The translations under genes and the position numbers were made by a program. A stretch of DNA of 64,000 nt, taken from an uncultured Acidobacteriota bacterium (lineage in GTDB: Bacteria; Acidobacteriota; Thermoanaerobaculia; UBA5066; Gp7-AA6). The stretch covers positions 8,050-72,049 of the forward strand of contig CAVXYF010000016.1 of NCBI GenBank assembly GCA_963765835.1, read 5' to 3'. Every line of letters begins with the position of its first letter. Position 1 is the first letter of the stretch. Positions 50,520 through 58,978 of this stretch are shown piece after piece. A model generated the notes under the pieces. That model had not been told where the DNA came from. It worked only from the letters and a program-made list of their open reading frames with translations, and did no database searches.

Positions 50520-52918
50520 CACTTCACCAGAGGCACGGCGTAATCGGCGAGAGCCATCACCGTCAGCTGGGGGTTCACTCCGATCGACGTGGGAAAGACG
50601 CTCGCGTCCACCACGTACAGGTTCCGATAGCCGTGAACGCGGAACTCGGGATCGACGACGCCCTTCTTCGGATCGGCGCTCATCGGGTTCCCTCCCTGCG
50701 GGTGTCCGGTGCCGAGGGTGATGTCGCTCGCGTCCTTCACCAGCTCCGGCAGGCGCCGGAGCTCGGTCGGCGTACGGAACTCGTGGTATTCGAACGTCGT
50801 CGGGATGACGCACTCCGCGCCGGCGGCGAGAAACGCGTTGCCGACGAGCATCAGTCCGTCGAAAAGCTTTTCGAGGTCCGCGCGGGTCGGCTCGTATGCG
50901 ACCTCGCGCCCGGTCAGACCACCGCGTCGCGCCCGCGCGTTGCCCTCGGTGCCGACGAGGATTCCGGCGCAGGTCATCCGATTGTAGCGATGCATGTTGC
51001 GCTCGTGCTCGTGGAACCACCCCGGCATGGTCAGCGCCTGCGCGACGGGAGGGTTGAACCACGTCTCGACGACGAAGCCGCGGTCCGGGGACAGCCGAAG
51101 GTAGTGGGAGATCTGCAACCCGTCGTACGAATTGATGACCTCTGGGAAAACCGCGGTGATCGGAGATCCCATGTTGAATGCCAGGCGATTGCCGGCGCGG
51201 TCCGCCGCGACCCCGGAGTTCTTGAGCAGAAGGCTCGAGGAAACGGCGCCCGCGCTGACGACGAACGTGTTGCCGCGTACGTCGAGCCGGCGGCCGCTGC
51301 GGAATCGGCAAGTCAGACTCGTGACCTCCTCGCCTCGAGCTCGAATCCTTTCGGCTTCGCACCCTGCGATGATGCGCAGTCCCCGACGGCCGTCGACGTT
51401 GTGGTCGCGCTGGATCCACGGGAGCACGGTGTCGAGCATGGACAGCTTGCGGCCGTACGCGCAGCCGATGTTGCAGTAGCCGCATCCGAGACATCGGGAG
51501 ATGTTCGCGTCGACGACGCCGGAGTCGTTGGGCGGCAGATCGAGTCCGAGAGCGTGAACGCCTTCGACGAAGAAACGAGCGCCCGGGTTCAGATTCGAAT
51601 GGTTCTGAGGCTGGATGGTCAGGAGCTCCCGGACCCTCGCGAAGGACTCCCAGAGTCCCGGGGAGTGGATACCCGCGTCTCCCTCCGCCGGATCGTTCCA
51701 CCGGGCAAGGACGTCCTTCGGGATGTCGAAACAGACCGCGTTGTTGACGACCGTCGTGCCCCCGACGCAGCTGCCCTGAAGGACTTGGAACCGAAAGTCG
51801 CGGGTGAGCTGGAGGGCTCCCTGGTCGTACAGCCGGGCGAGCATCTCGACCTCGTCTTCGGTGAACGTCGACGGATCGTGGTGGTCGCCGCGCTCGATCA
51901 TGAGGACGTCGCGCCCCTGCGCGACGAGACCCCTCGCGAGAATGGCGGCGCCCGCGCCGGAGCCGACGATCACGACGTCGGCCGACACGACCTCCGCAGT
52001 GATCTTGGACTCCGTGTCGACTTCGAGCGGGAGCCGCACCGGAGAAGGACTCTGCGCCAATTTCGCGGGGGTCGCCGGGCGCTCCGAGAACGGCACGTAG
52101 CCGGTCACGGCGTGCGTGCGGCGGTCGCTGTAGTAACCGAGGTAGCAGAGCTGCTTGCCCATCCGGATCATGCCCTGGACGATCGTTCGCCAGACCGGCG
52201 GCACGAGGCGGCGGGTGACCTCTTCGTAAAACCGTTTGTGGAGGAACGCGTGGCGGGCGGACCGATCGAGAACCGAGAGAGGCGGGTGGAACGTGAGCAG
52301 GGGATACCACTCGAGGCCGATGAGCACGGCCTTCATGACCCAACGGCTGCGCGCCCGGAAGTCCGCCAGGTAGCGATCGACCGTGTGCGCGACGGTCGCC
52401 GGATCCGCGACGGGTCGGTCCGTGATGACGACTTCGAGCATCGAGGCGAGCGTCCGGAACTGGCCGGCCGAGAGGTATCGCAGCGCGAACCGCGCCCGCT
52501 CGGCCGCACGGTAGAACCAGATCAGAAAAACGAGGATCAGGCCATCCATCGCGACCGCTCCCCAGAGGAGAGCTCGCACCGGCAGTTGCCCGACCGTTCC
52601 CGACGTCTCTCCCCAGAGCAGCACGGCGATCGTCGCGAGCTCCGAGATGAGGTGGCCGAAGATCACGATCAGGACGAGGGCGCGGTATCGCCGTGTGTTC
52701 CCGGATGCGATGAACGCCAGCGCCGCCAGCACGCCGATCTTCACCACCGAGTTCGTGACGAACGGAAGCTGGATGAAATGGGGCTTCCAGGGACCCACGA
52801 GCGCGGGGAGCAGATACCCGAAGATCGCGAGCGTGAAGAGGAATGCGAGAACGCGCAGGAGACCGGCGAGGCGCCGCTCCTCGGGGGTCATGGCGCCGGC
52901 TTCCGAGCTCATCCGCAA
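50519..52918 (-). CDS. GMC family FAD-dependent oxidoreductase with N-terminal multi-TM membrane domain (799 aa, intact)
   Basis: The N-terminal about 140 aa has about 4 hydrophobic helices. The FAD motif is ...DVVIVGSGAGAAILARGL.... The GMC C-terminal signature is ...HGYRNLYVVDASVFPTSIGVNPQLTVMALADYA.... Confidence 0.8.
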   Translation of the reverse strand: MRMSSEAGAMTPEERRLAGLLRVLAFLFTLAIFGYLLPALVGPWKPHFIQLPFVTNSVVKIGVLAALAFIASGNTRRYRALVLIVIFGHLISELATIAVLLWGETSGTVGQLPVRALLWGAVAMDGLILVFLIWFYRAAERARFALRYLSAGQFRTLASMLEVVITDRPVADPATVAHTVDRYLADFRARSRWVMKAVLIGLEWYPLLTFHPPLSVLDRSARHAFLHKRFYEEVTRRLVPPVWRTIVQGMIRMGKQLCYLGYYSDRRTHAVTGYVPFSERPATPAKLAQSPSPVRLPLEVDTESKITAEVVSADVVIVGSGAGAAILARGLVAQGRDVLMIERGDHHDPSTFTEDEVEMLARLYDQGALQLTRDFRFQVLQGSCVGGTTVVNNAVCFDIPKDVLARWNDPAEGDAGIHSPGLWESFARVRELLTIQPQNHSNLNPGARFFVEGVHALGLDLPPNDSGVVDANISRCLGCGYCNIGCAYGRKLSMLDTVLPWIQRDHNVDGRRGLRIIAGCEAERIRARGEEVTSLTCRFRSGRRLDVRGNTFVVSAGAVSSSLLLKNSGVAADRAGNRLAFNMGSPITAVFPEVINSYDGLQISHYLRLSPDRGFVVETWFNPPVAQALTMPGWFHEHERNMHRYNRMTCAGILVGTEGNARARRGGLTGREVAYEPTRADLEKLFDGLMLVGNAFLAAGAECVIPTTFEYHEFRTPTELRRLPELVKDASDITLGTGHPQGGNPMSADPKKGVVDPEFRVHGYRNLYVVDASVFPTSIGVNPQLTVMALADYAVPLVK

Positions 52919-52943
52919 TCCGGTGCCGTCGCAGAGGACAGAG

Positions 52944-55061
52944 TCAGATCCGGACGTCTTCCAGGGACTCGATCCGTTTCTTTCTCGCCTCCTCTGGCAG
53001 GCCTAGCATCGCATCTGCGTTGAGAACGCTTTGGTCGAAGGTGACACCGGTGTCCGTGGATAGATCCTCCAGAGTGACCTGATCAACGTCGAATTTGCCG
53101 GCAGAAAAGTCTTCGATTCCGAATTCGTCGATCGCGTCGCTCTGATCGAGAACGAACGCATACGCACGAAGCGTCGGATTCGAGTCGGCGTCCTGCGCGA
53201 CGAGCAGCACCTTCCAGAAGCGGCGCGGGATCTTGACCGGTCCTGCACCGAAGTCATGGTCTATGTCGGCCTGGTCATCGAGGACCGGCCCGGCATAGAG
53301 CGACATCTTTGGCCCCACGTTCTTTACCTGAGACTGAATGTGATTCTCGAGCTCGCCCCAGAGCCCCCGAAAGCCGAACGCTGCCCGGTTGAATTGCTCG
53401 TGCTGCGGCGTGCAGTTGGTCCAGTGGAAGCTGTCGGAATTCGCGAATACTTCATCCTTTGCGGTGTCGCCCCACGCCGTGTCCTCGCGGCGGACGATGT
53501 GTCCCCGGTCGAACTTCGCGGCGGGCTCGTACAGCTCGGGGTCCTGAATCTGATCCTCTGCCGGAATCCGAGGATCGGGAACCCACGTGTCCGTCCCGAA
53601 TTGCTCTCGCTTCTTACGTCTCTTCGACTTCGTGTAATCCACATTGACCGCGGACCACATCATGAGACGCCGCTTCTTGTTCATCACGAGCGAATAGTGG
53701 TGATAGGCGAGGACGAGCATCTTCCCGGCTTTCTTGAGGATCTCGGAGGCACGGCCGGGTGAGACTCCCGGAAGAGGGACGTCGATCCCGAGGAATGCCG
53801 CGTCGTATCCGGAGCGATTCGGATAATCCGGGTCGAAACGGAGCTTCTTCTCGACGGCCAGCGCATCCACCGGCGGCGCGGGGAGAGCGGGCTGAGAACC
53901 GACCGCGCGCTCGACGCCGAAGTAGAAATTGGCGGTTCCGTTCACGGTGATCGCAACGCCGCGGCCGGGTTTCGGTGCCGGCGCGACCACATCTCCTCCC
54001 TCGACCTGACTCTGAACAGCCGGCAGGTTCTCGAAGTCGTCGCCGAACGTTCGAAGGAGCTTGTCGAGAGCGGCGCGCTGCGTTGGCGAGACGCTCGCCG
54101 TCCTCAAGTAATCACAGATCCGGCTGATCCGTACCCCCTCGTTCGCCACCCAATGAATATCGTCGTCCGGCATGCCGCGTTGCCAGGGCGTGCCCGCTAT
54201 CGTCATGATCGTTCCGTTCTGCATCTCGGGAACGCCGCTGTGATGCAGCGCGACCACCTCCCAGTCCTTGTTGAACGCCGGCGAGCCGGAAGAACCGGGG
54301 AGAGTGTCCGTCGTGTATTGGAGATAGGAGTCTCGATCGGTCGGCGCGAGAAGCAACTCGTTGTCGCGAACGCCGTATTTCTTGGGTCCTCCCTCGGGAT
54401 ACTGAATGATGCTGATCGATTGACCGACGAGGACTTTTCCGGTCGTCGGACTGAGTGTCAGGGTCTTGAACTGACTGACATCCGCGACGCCGTCGGTCGC
54501 GAAAGGTTGAATCCCGACGATGGCGAAGTCGAGATCTTTCGATGCATGGAAGAGAACCGTCGGATCGAGGCGGAAGATCGTGCCTGCCGACAAGCTGCCG
54601 TTCCGCAGCTCGTAACCGAACTGGATGCCGCATCCTCGACACTCGCTCGCTTTGGCGAAAACGTGGTGGTTGGTCAACATGACGTCGCCCGCTATGAGAA
54701 ACCCGGTCGCGAAGCCGTCGCGAACGGTGCCGTCATCGCCGAGCTCGACAATCCGTCCGACCGGCAGACCCGCCCGGCTGGCGGCTTCGTTCGGAGGCGT
54801 CTCATCGAGATCCAGCGTCGGCCCGATTCTGCGCTCCAGGGGACGGAGGTCACCGATGCCGGCCTTCGCGTAGACGGTCTTCTTCGCCGCCTCGCGAGCG
54901 CGGTACGCACGGACGCGCTCGGGCGTGTCCGCGTGCTCCGGCCCGCCGCGCTTCAGCCGCCGGACGGCTTCGGCGCGACGCGGAAGCGCCGCCTGCCAGC
55001 GTTGTCCGGCTTCTTGTGCCTGCTCGATCTGCCTCCGCCTGACTTCCTCAGCGTGACCCAT
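52944..55061 (-). CDS. Fusion protein: trypsin-like serine peptidase (Trypsin_2/S1) + DNA/RNA non-specific endonuclease (Endonuclease_NS, DRGH motif); 705 aa, intact, no signal peptide
   Basis: ATG about 55061 (MGHAEEVRRRQIEQAQ..., a charged helical N-terminus with no hydrophobic stretch). Protease region: ...DGFATGFLIAGDVMLTNHHVF... (His), ...DLDFAIV... (Asp), ...TDTLPGSSGSPAF... (GSSGSP Ser). Nuclease region: ...LAYHHYSLVMNKKRRLMMWSAVNVDY...FDRGHIVRRED...FHWTNCTPQHEQFNR... (DRGH/N catalytic motif of NucA/EndoG-type nucleases). Confidence 0.7.
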   Translation of the reverse strand: MGHAEEVRRRQIEQAQEAGQRWQAALPRRAEAVRRLKRGGPEHADTPERVRAYRAREAAKKTVYAKAGIGDLRPLERRIGPTLDLDETPPNEAASRAGLPVGRIVELGDDGTVRDGFATGFLIAGDVMLTNHHVFAKASECRGCGIQFGYELRNGSLSAGTIFRLDPTVLFHASKDLDFAIVGIQPFATDGVADVSQFKTLTLSPTTGKVLVGQSISIIQYPEGGPKKYGVRDNELLLAPTDRDSYLQYTTDTLPGSSGSPAFNKDWEVVALHHSGVPEMQNGTIMTIAGTPWQRGMPDDDIHWVANEGVRISRICDYLRTASVSPTQRAALDKLLRTFGDDFENLPAVQSQVEGGDVVAPAPKPGRGVAITVNGTANFYFGVERAVGSQPALPAPPVDALAVEKKLRFDPDYPNRSGYDAAFLGIDVPLPGVSPGRASEILKKAGKMLVLAYHHYSLVMNKKRRLMMWSAVNVDYTKSKRRKKREQFGTDTWVPDPRIPAEDQIQDPELYEPAAKFDRGHIVRREDTAWGDTAKDEVFANSDSFHWTNCTPQHEQFNRAAFGFRGLWGELENHIQSQVKNVGPKMSLYAGPVLDDQADIDHDFGAGPVKIPRRFWKVLLVAQDADSNPTLRAYAFVLDQSDAIDEFGIEDFSAGKFDVDQVTLEDLSTDTGVTFDQSVLNADAMLGLPEEARKKRIESLEDVRI

Positions 55062-55073
55062 GGCCCCCGCTCT

Positions 55074-56180
55074 CTACTTGACGACCCGGATCGGGATGTA
55101 GGTCGCGTTGTTTCCCTCAACCACCTCACGGAGCGCACCCCTTTCGTCGATGACGACGCCGAGCCAGTAGCTCGTGTCCGTAGAGAGATCTCTCGGAATG
55201 GTGAGGGTGACTCTCGTCGTGTACACGTCGCCGCGGCTCAGCGTGAACGTGGCCCCGCCGATTCGGCGATCCAGCGTCGTGATGAGATCGTTCGTGGAAA
55301 TGTAGTACCCCGCCGGCACCCCGCTCTGGGTCGTCTTCCCCATGTTTTCGTAGGTGAACTCCGCCTGTACTCTCACGCCCGGGGTTACCCTGTAGCCGGT
55401 CTCTCCGTTCACAGTGAAGGTCGGCAGGTCTCCGCCGGCTGCGGTGTAGAGCTTGGTCTTGGTGTGGTCGGAGTACTCGCCCGAGGCGCCGGAGTACTTC
55501 CAGTGCACGACGCCCAGGTCTTCCCACGCGTCGGGTCGAGCGCCGTATAAGAAGACCGCGCCGTCCGCGGCATCCTCGCCCATGTAGGCCCGTGCCGTGG
55601 AACCGTTGACGTGGATGTGCTCGAAGTCCGTGCCCATTACGTTGTATTCGGTGTTGACATGATTCAGCTTCAGGCCATGTCCGAACTCATGGGAGGCAGT
55701 GGTCTGAAGAGGACGAAGACTGCCGGTGTACCGGATGAGCGACGACTTGACAGTGTCAGCTGTCCACTGCCAGGGACTCATCGAGTAGTCGAAGATCACG
55801 TCCACCTCGTTCATGTGAACGTGGTCTCCGAAGAACCAGTAGCATGTCCAGTAGGAGTAGGCGATCGCCGGAGCGCCGTCCAGAATCGATCCGGTATCGC
55901 CCCAGGCTTCGCTTTGGCCGTTGTCCCGGCCGACACCGCCGCTGTCGGTCCCGAGTGAATACCGGAACTTGCTCGGGTTCAGATTGAATCGGTTGATCCC
56001 GTCCTGGAGGCCGTTGCGCCAGTAGCCGGTGGGGAAGCTGACCCCGCTCGCACCCAAGGTTTTGGAGTTGGAGCTCCACTTCAGTTTCTCGCCGAGGCAC
56101 GTACTGTAGCTGTAGGCGATAGCGGGGCTCACCTGAACGAGAGCGGCTGCCGCGGCGATCAGGACGAACTTCTTTCGCAT
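55074..56180 (-). CDS. Secreted metzincin-type zinc metalloprotease (HEFGHGLKLNH + Met-turn), 368 aa intact
   Basis: GGAGG RBS and signal peptide MRKKFVLIAAAAALVQVSPAIA. HExxHxxGxxH is at ...TASHEFGHGLKLNHVNTEYNVMG.... A C-terminal beta-rich domain follows. It sits 12 nt upstream of the protease-nuclease gene. Confidence 0.75.
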   Translation of the reverse strand: MRKKFVLIAAAAALVQVSPAIAYSYSTCLGEKLKWSSNSKTLGASGVSFPTGYWRNGLQDGINRFNLNPSKFRYSLGTDSGGVGRDNGQSEAWGDTGSILDGAPAIAYSYWTCYWFFGDHVHMNEVDVIFDYSMSPWQWTADTVKSSLIRYTGSLRPLQTTASHEFGHGLKLNHVNTEYNVMGTDFEHIHVNGSTARAYMGEDAADGAVFLYGARPDAWEDLGVVHWKYSGASGEYSDHTKTKLYTAAGGDLPTFTVNGETGYRVTPGVRVQAEFTYENMGKTTQSGVPAGYYISTNDLITTLDRRIGGATFTLSRGDVYTTRVTLTIPRDLSTDTSYWLGVVIDERGALREVVEGNNATYIPIRVVK

Positions 56181-56210
56181 GGTGAACCTCCTCCGCGCGG
56201 ATCGCGCGAC

Positions 56211-57227
56211 CTATCGGGGCTTCAGTACCGGATCGAAGTCCTGCTTCTTTGCGGCCGCGAGCTCGGCAGCTTCTTCCTTGCTCCTGGGCGCTGCCTCCGC
56301 TCGAGCCGGCACCGGTCGGTGCGGAGCGCTCGCCTTCGCGGGCGCGACGATGATCGGAGCGTCGCGGGCGATGCTCCGGATCGGCGACGGGGCGCGCTTC
56401 GTGTGTCCCAGGATCGACTTCAGGACGGTCGTGAACTCCTCGACCGCCATCGGACCTTCCGGGATTGCGTCGGGTGTCGTTGCGATCGCCGACCTCTCGG
56501 CCTGCTGGACCTCGCCCAGTGAGTCCTTATCAATTGCCGCCGGAATGTCGCGCCCGAGCTCGATCTGCTTGGGCGCCTCCGCCTCGTATCGCCGGCGTAT
56601 TTCGTCGAGTGACATCTTCTGCCGCTCCATGAGCGCGCGAACCTCCGCGTTCTTGACGAGGTCATCGAACCTGGGCGCGGGGTAGCGGAACGTGAGGAAC
56701 TCCTTGGGGGGCATCCCACGGGCGATCGCGTTCGTCTTGCGGACTGCGCGCACGGGAAAGCCGTGGTGGTTGTAGACGCCGCCGCGAAGTATTCGGAATC
56801 GGCCCCATTCGCACAGGACGAGCGGGCAGACCCTTTCCCCGTTGCCGGAGACGAACAGCAAGTCTTCTTCGCCAAGCTGGAACATGGGAACTCCGCTGAC
56901 CTCCATGAACCGCCCGGCGCCGTCGGAACCGCCGATAAATCGCATCATGAACGTCTTTCCGTACGGCTGGCCTCGAAGGACGCTGCCAATCTCGTACGTG
57001 ACGATCGTGTGCGGCAGCCCGCCCCCTTCTCCGGCCCGCTTCTCCGAACGGCGATACTCGACGTTCGCAACCCGACCGATGAAGACCAGGTTGGAGCGCT
57101 CGGCGAGTGCCGCGAGGTCGCCCCCTTTGTCGCTGCCGATGTCGCTATGTCCGAACGCGCGTCCGGCTCCGGCGTACCAGGCGACCCAAACGAGCAGTGC
57201 GCAAAAAGCGAGCTTCAGGGAACGCAT
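56211..57227 (-). CDS. Secreted hypothetical protein with disordered Ala/Pro-rich C-terminal tail (338 aa, intact)
   Basis: Signal-peptide-like MRSLKLAFCALLVWVAWYAGAGRAFG. No recognisable domain. It sits 30 nt upstream of the metzincin gene. Confidence 0.5.
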   Translation of the reverse strand: MRSLKLAFCALLVWVAWYAGAGRAFGHSDIGSDKGGDLAALAERSNLVFIGRVANVEYRRSEKRAGEGGGLPHTIVTYEIGSVLRGQPYGKTFMMRFIGGSDGAGRFMEVSGVPMFQLGEEDLLFVSGNGERVCPLVLCEWGRFRILRGGVYNHHGFPVRAVRKTNAIARGMPPKEFLTFRYPAPRFDDLVKNAEVRALMERQKMSLDEIRRRYEAEAPKQIELGRDIPAAIDKDSLGEVQQAERSAIATTPDAIPEGPMAVEEFTTVLKSILGHTKRAPSPIRSIARDAPIIVAPAKASAPHRPVPARAEAAPRSKEEAAELAAAKKQDFDPVLKPR

Positions 57228-57356
57228 CTCGACCTCCCGGCGAACGATCGCGCGAAACTAAGAGAAAACGCATACCTCCGTTACACATGCCGGCATCACG
57301 GGATCATCAGCTGAGACTCCATCGAATCAAGATCGTCCACCCCGGAGGATCTAGCT

Positions 57357-57440
57357 GGAATGGGACCGTGCAGACTCGGAATGGGACCGTGCAGACTCGG
57401 AATCGGACCGTGTAGACTCGGAATCGGACCGTGTAGACCG
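57357..57440. repeat. Tandem direct repeat, 4 x 21 bp (ggaatgggaccgtgcagactc x2; ggaatcggaccgtgtagactc x2)
   Basis: Read directly from the sequence. It lies in the 356-bp gap between the anti-sigma stop (57584) and the start of the downstream secreted-protein gene (57227). Confidence 0.9.
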
Positions 57441-57583
57441 TTCACAGGAACCTCCTTGCCGGCCCGACCTGCGGGCAGGGTTAGAGGCGGGCTGTGGAGC
57501 GCTCCGTTCCGCCTAGTTTTGGAGTTGAAGTGCTCGAGGAGGGACGGGATTAGGACAGCCGGAGAACGACGCGGGTTTCGGGT

Positions 57584-58978
57584 CTAGCCGGTTTTCTCCC
57601 TCGCGGTCTGCGCCAGCAGCTCTTCGACCTGCAGTCGAAGCGTGCTCAACCTTTCGAGGTCCGGGTCGGCGCCGGAGAGCGACTCGGCGATGTCACGGAT
57701 CACCTTCGGGTCGAGCGTCCGGTCGCGGGAGATCTCTCGCTGGAGGAGATCCAGCCGATGCCGCGCGCGGTCGAGGCCGCCCTGGCGGGCCCGGCTCTCG
57801 ATTTCGAGCAAAGTCGCGATGTAGGCGTTCGCCCGCATACCGGCATCCCGGAACACCTGGGCGGCCCGCGCGGCGGAGACCGAGGCCTCGGAGAACCGGC
57901 CGGCGGCGAACAGGGTTTCCGCGAGGCCCGTCCTCAGGTAGCCCAGCCAGTACCGATGCCGTTCCTGGGAGAACCGCCGGAGCGCCCGGGCGTACTCGCG
58001 GCGCGCCTCGTCAACGCGGCCCAGGCTGGTCAGCGACGTCGCAATGCTGTTGAGACAGCCGACGTAGTTACTCCAGAGCTCGTGCCGCTCGTAGACCGGC
58101 AGGGCTTCGCGGAAGCACCGGACGGCGTCCTCCTCGCGGCCGAGGGTCGAGTACGCCAGACCGCGAGCTCCGATCGCTCGGGCGGCGAAGTCATCGAGGC
58201 CGAGCTCTTCGAACGTCGTCTGGGCGCGGCGCGCGAGAACCAGGGCAGCCGCGCCTTCGTTCGCGAATGCGCGCCGCTGCGCCTCGACGAGCTCTACGTG
58301 CGCCAGGTCCAACTCTCCGCCGCCCCCTCGGGCGAAGGCTCGATACGCGAGCACGAGGCTCGATCGGGCGCGGGAGAAGTCCCGGGTCCACATGCACGCC
58401 ATCGCAGTCAGAAGGTGCGCCTGACCGCGGATGACCGGCAGGGGCACGAACTGGTCCGCCGGTTCCCGCGGACGCCGGGCGGCGGCTTCCGAGCGAACTC
58501 TCCGCAGAACGGCTTCGGCAAAGCCCGAGGCCCGCACCGGGTCCTCCGCGATCTCTCGTCCGGCCTGCTGCAGCGCGTAGAGGAGCGCGTACCGGTCTTC
58601 TGCTTCGCGCAGGGGGAGGTCGGGCAAACCGTCGTCGCGTCGGACCGCCTCGAGAATCCGATCCCGCAGGACCATGCCTCGCTCCGACGCCGCGATGGCG
58701 GTCGACACCGGCGGAATCCCGACGCCAGTCCGGTCGGGGATCCGGAGACGCGACCGCCGGCGGAAAGGGTCGTCCGGCGGGAGATCCGTCCACCCCTCGC
58801 CGAAGGCGCCGGCCGAGGCGACCGCGCGCAGCTCCCCGTCGAGCTTCTCGAGGGTCGTCACGGTCGCGCTGCACTCAGGGCACTCGCCCAGGTGGGAGAC
58901 GACGGACGCCCGCTCGTCCTCCGCGAGGTCTTCCACGACGCACCGCAGGAGAACGAAGTCGTCGAGGTGGCGTGTCAT
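57584..58978 (-). CDS. Anti-sigma factor: N-terminal zinc-finger (zf-HC2, HxxxCxxC) + C-terminal TPR-like domain
   Basis: MTRHLDDFVLLRCVVEDLAEDERASVVSHLGECPECSATV.... The start ATG overlaps the ECF sigma stop (ATGA). The C-terminal about 300 aa is helical repeat-rich. Confidence 0.75.
   Translation of the reverse strand: MTRHLDDFVLLRCVVEDLAEDERASVVSHLGECPECSATVTTLEKLDGELRAVASAGAFGEGWTDLPPDDPFRRRSRLRIPDRTGVGIPPVSTAIAASERGMVLRDRILEAVRRDDGLPDLPLREAEDRYALLYALQQAGREIAEDPVRASGFAEAVLRRVRSEAAARRPREPADQFVPLPVIRGQAHLLTAMACMWTRDFSRARSSLVLAYRAFARGGGGELDLAHVELVEAQRRAFANEGAAALVLARRAQTTFEELGLDDFAARAIGARGLAYSTLGREEDAVRCFREALPVYERHELWSNYVGCLNSIATSLTSLGRVDEARREYARALRRFSQERHRYWLGYLRTGLAETLFAAGRFSEASVSAARAAQVFRDAGMRANAYIATLLEIESRARQGGLDRARHRLDLLQREISRDRTLDPKVIRDIAESLSGADPDLERLSTLRLQVEELLAQTAREKTG

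Noticed and set aside
50001-53023. Large ORFs (780 and 796 aa) overlapping the GMC and membrane-protein genes in other frames or strands
   Set aside because: Arg/Gly/Pro-rich, no domains, and they overlap a well-supported intact GMC oxidoreductase. Spurious.
57357-57440. CRISPR array
   Set aside because: The 21-bp units are directly adjacent with no spacers, there are only four copies, and there are no cas genes. It is a tandem repeat, not CRISPR.
57360-57587. Plus-strand ORF encoding a repetitive MGPCRLG x4 peptide
   Set aside because: It is merely the translation of the tandem DNA repeat. There is no RBS, it runs into the anti-sigma 3' end on the opposite strand, and there is no coding-like codon bias.
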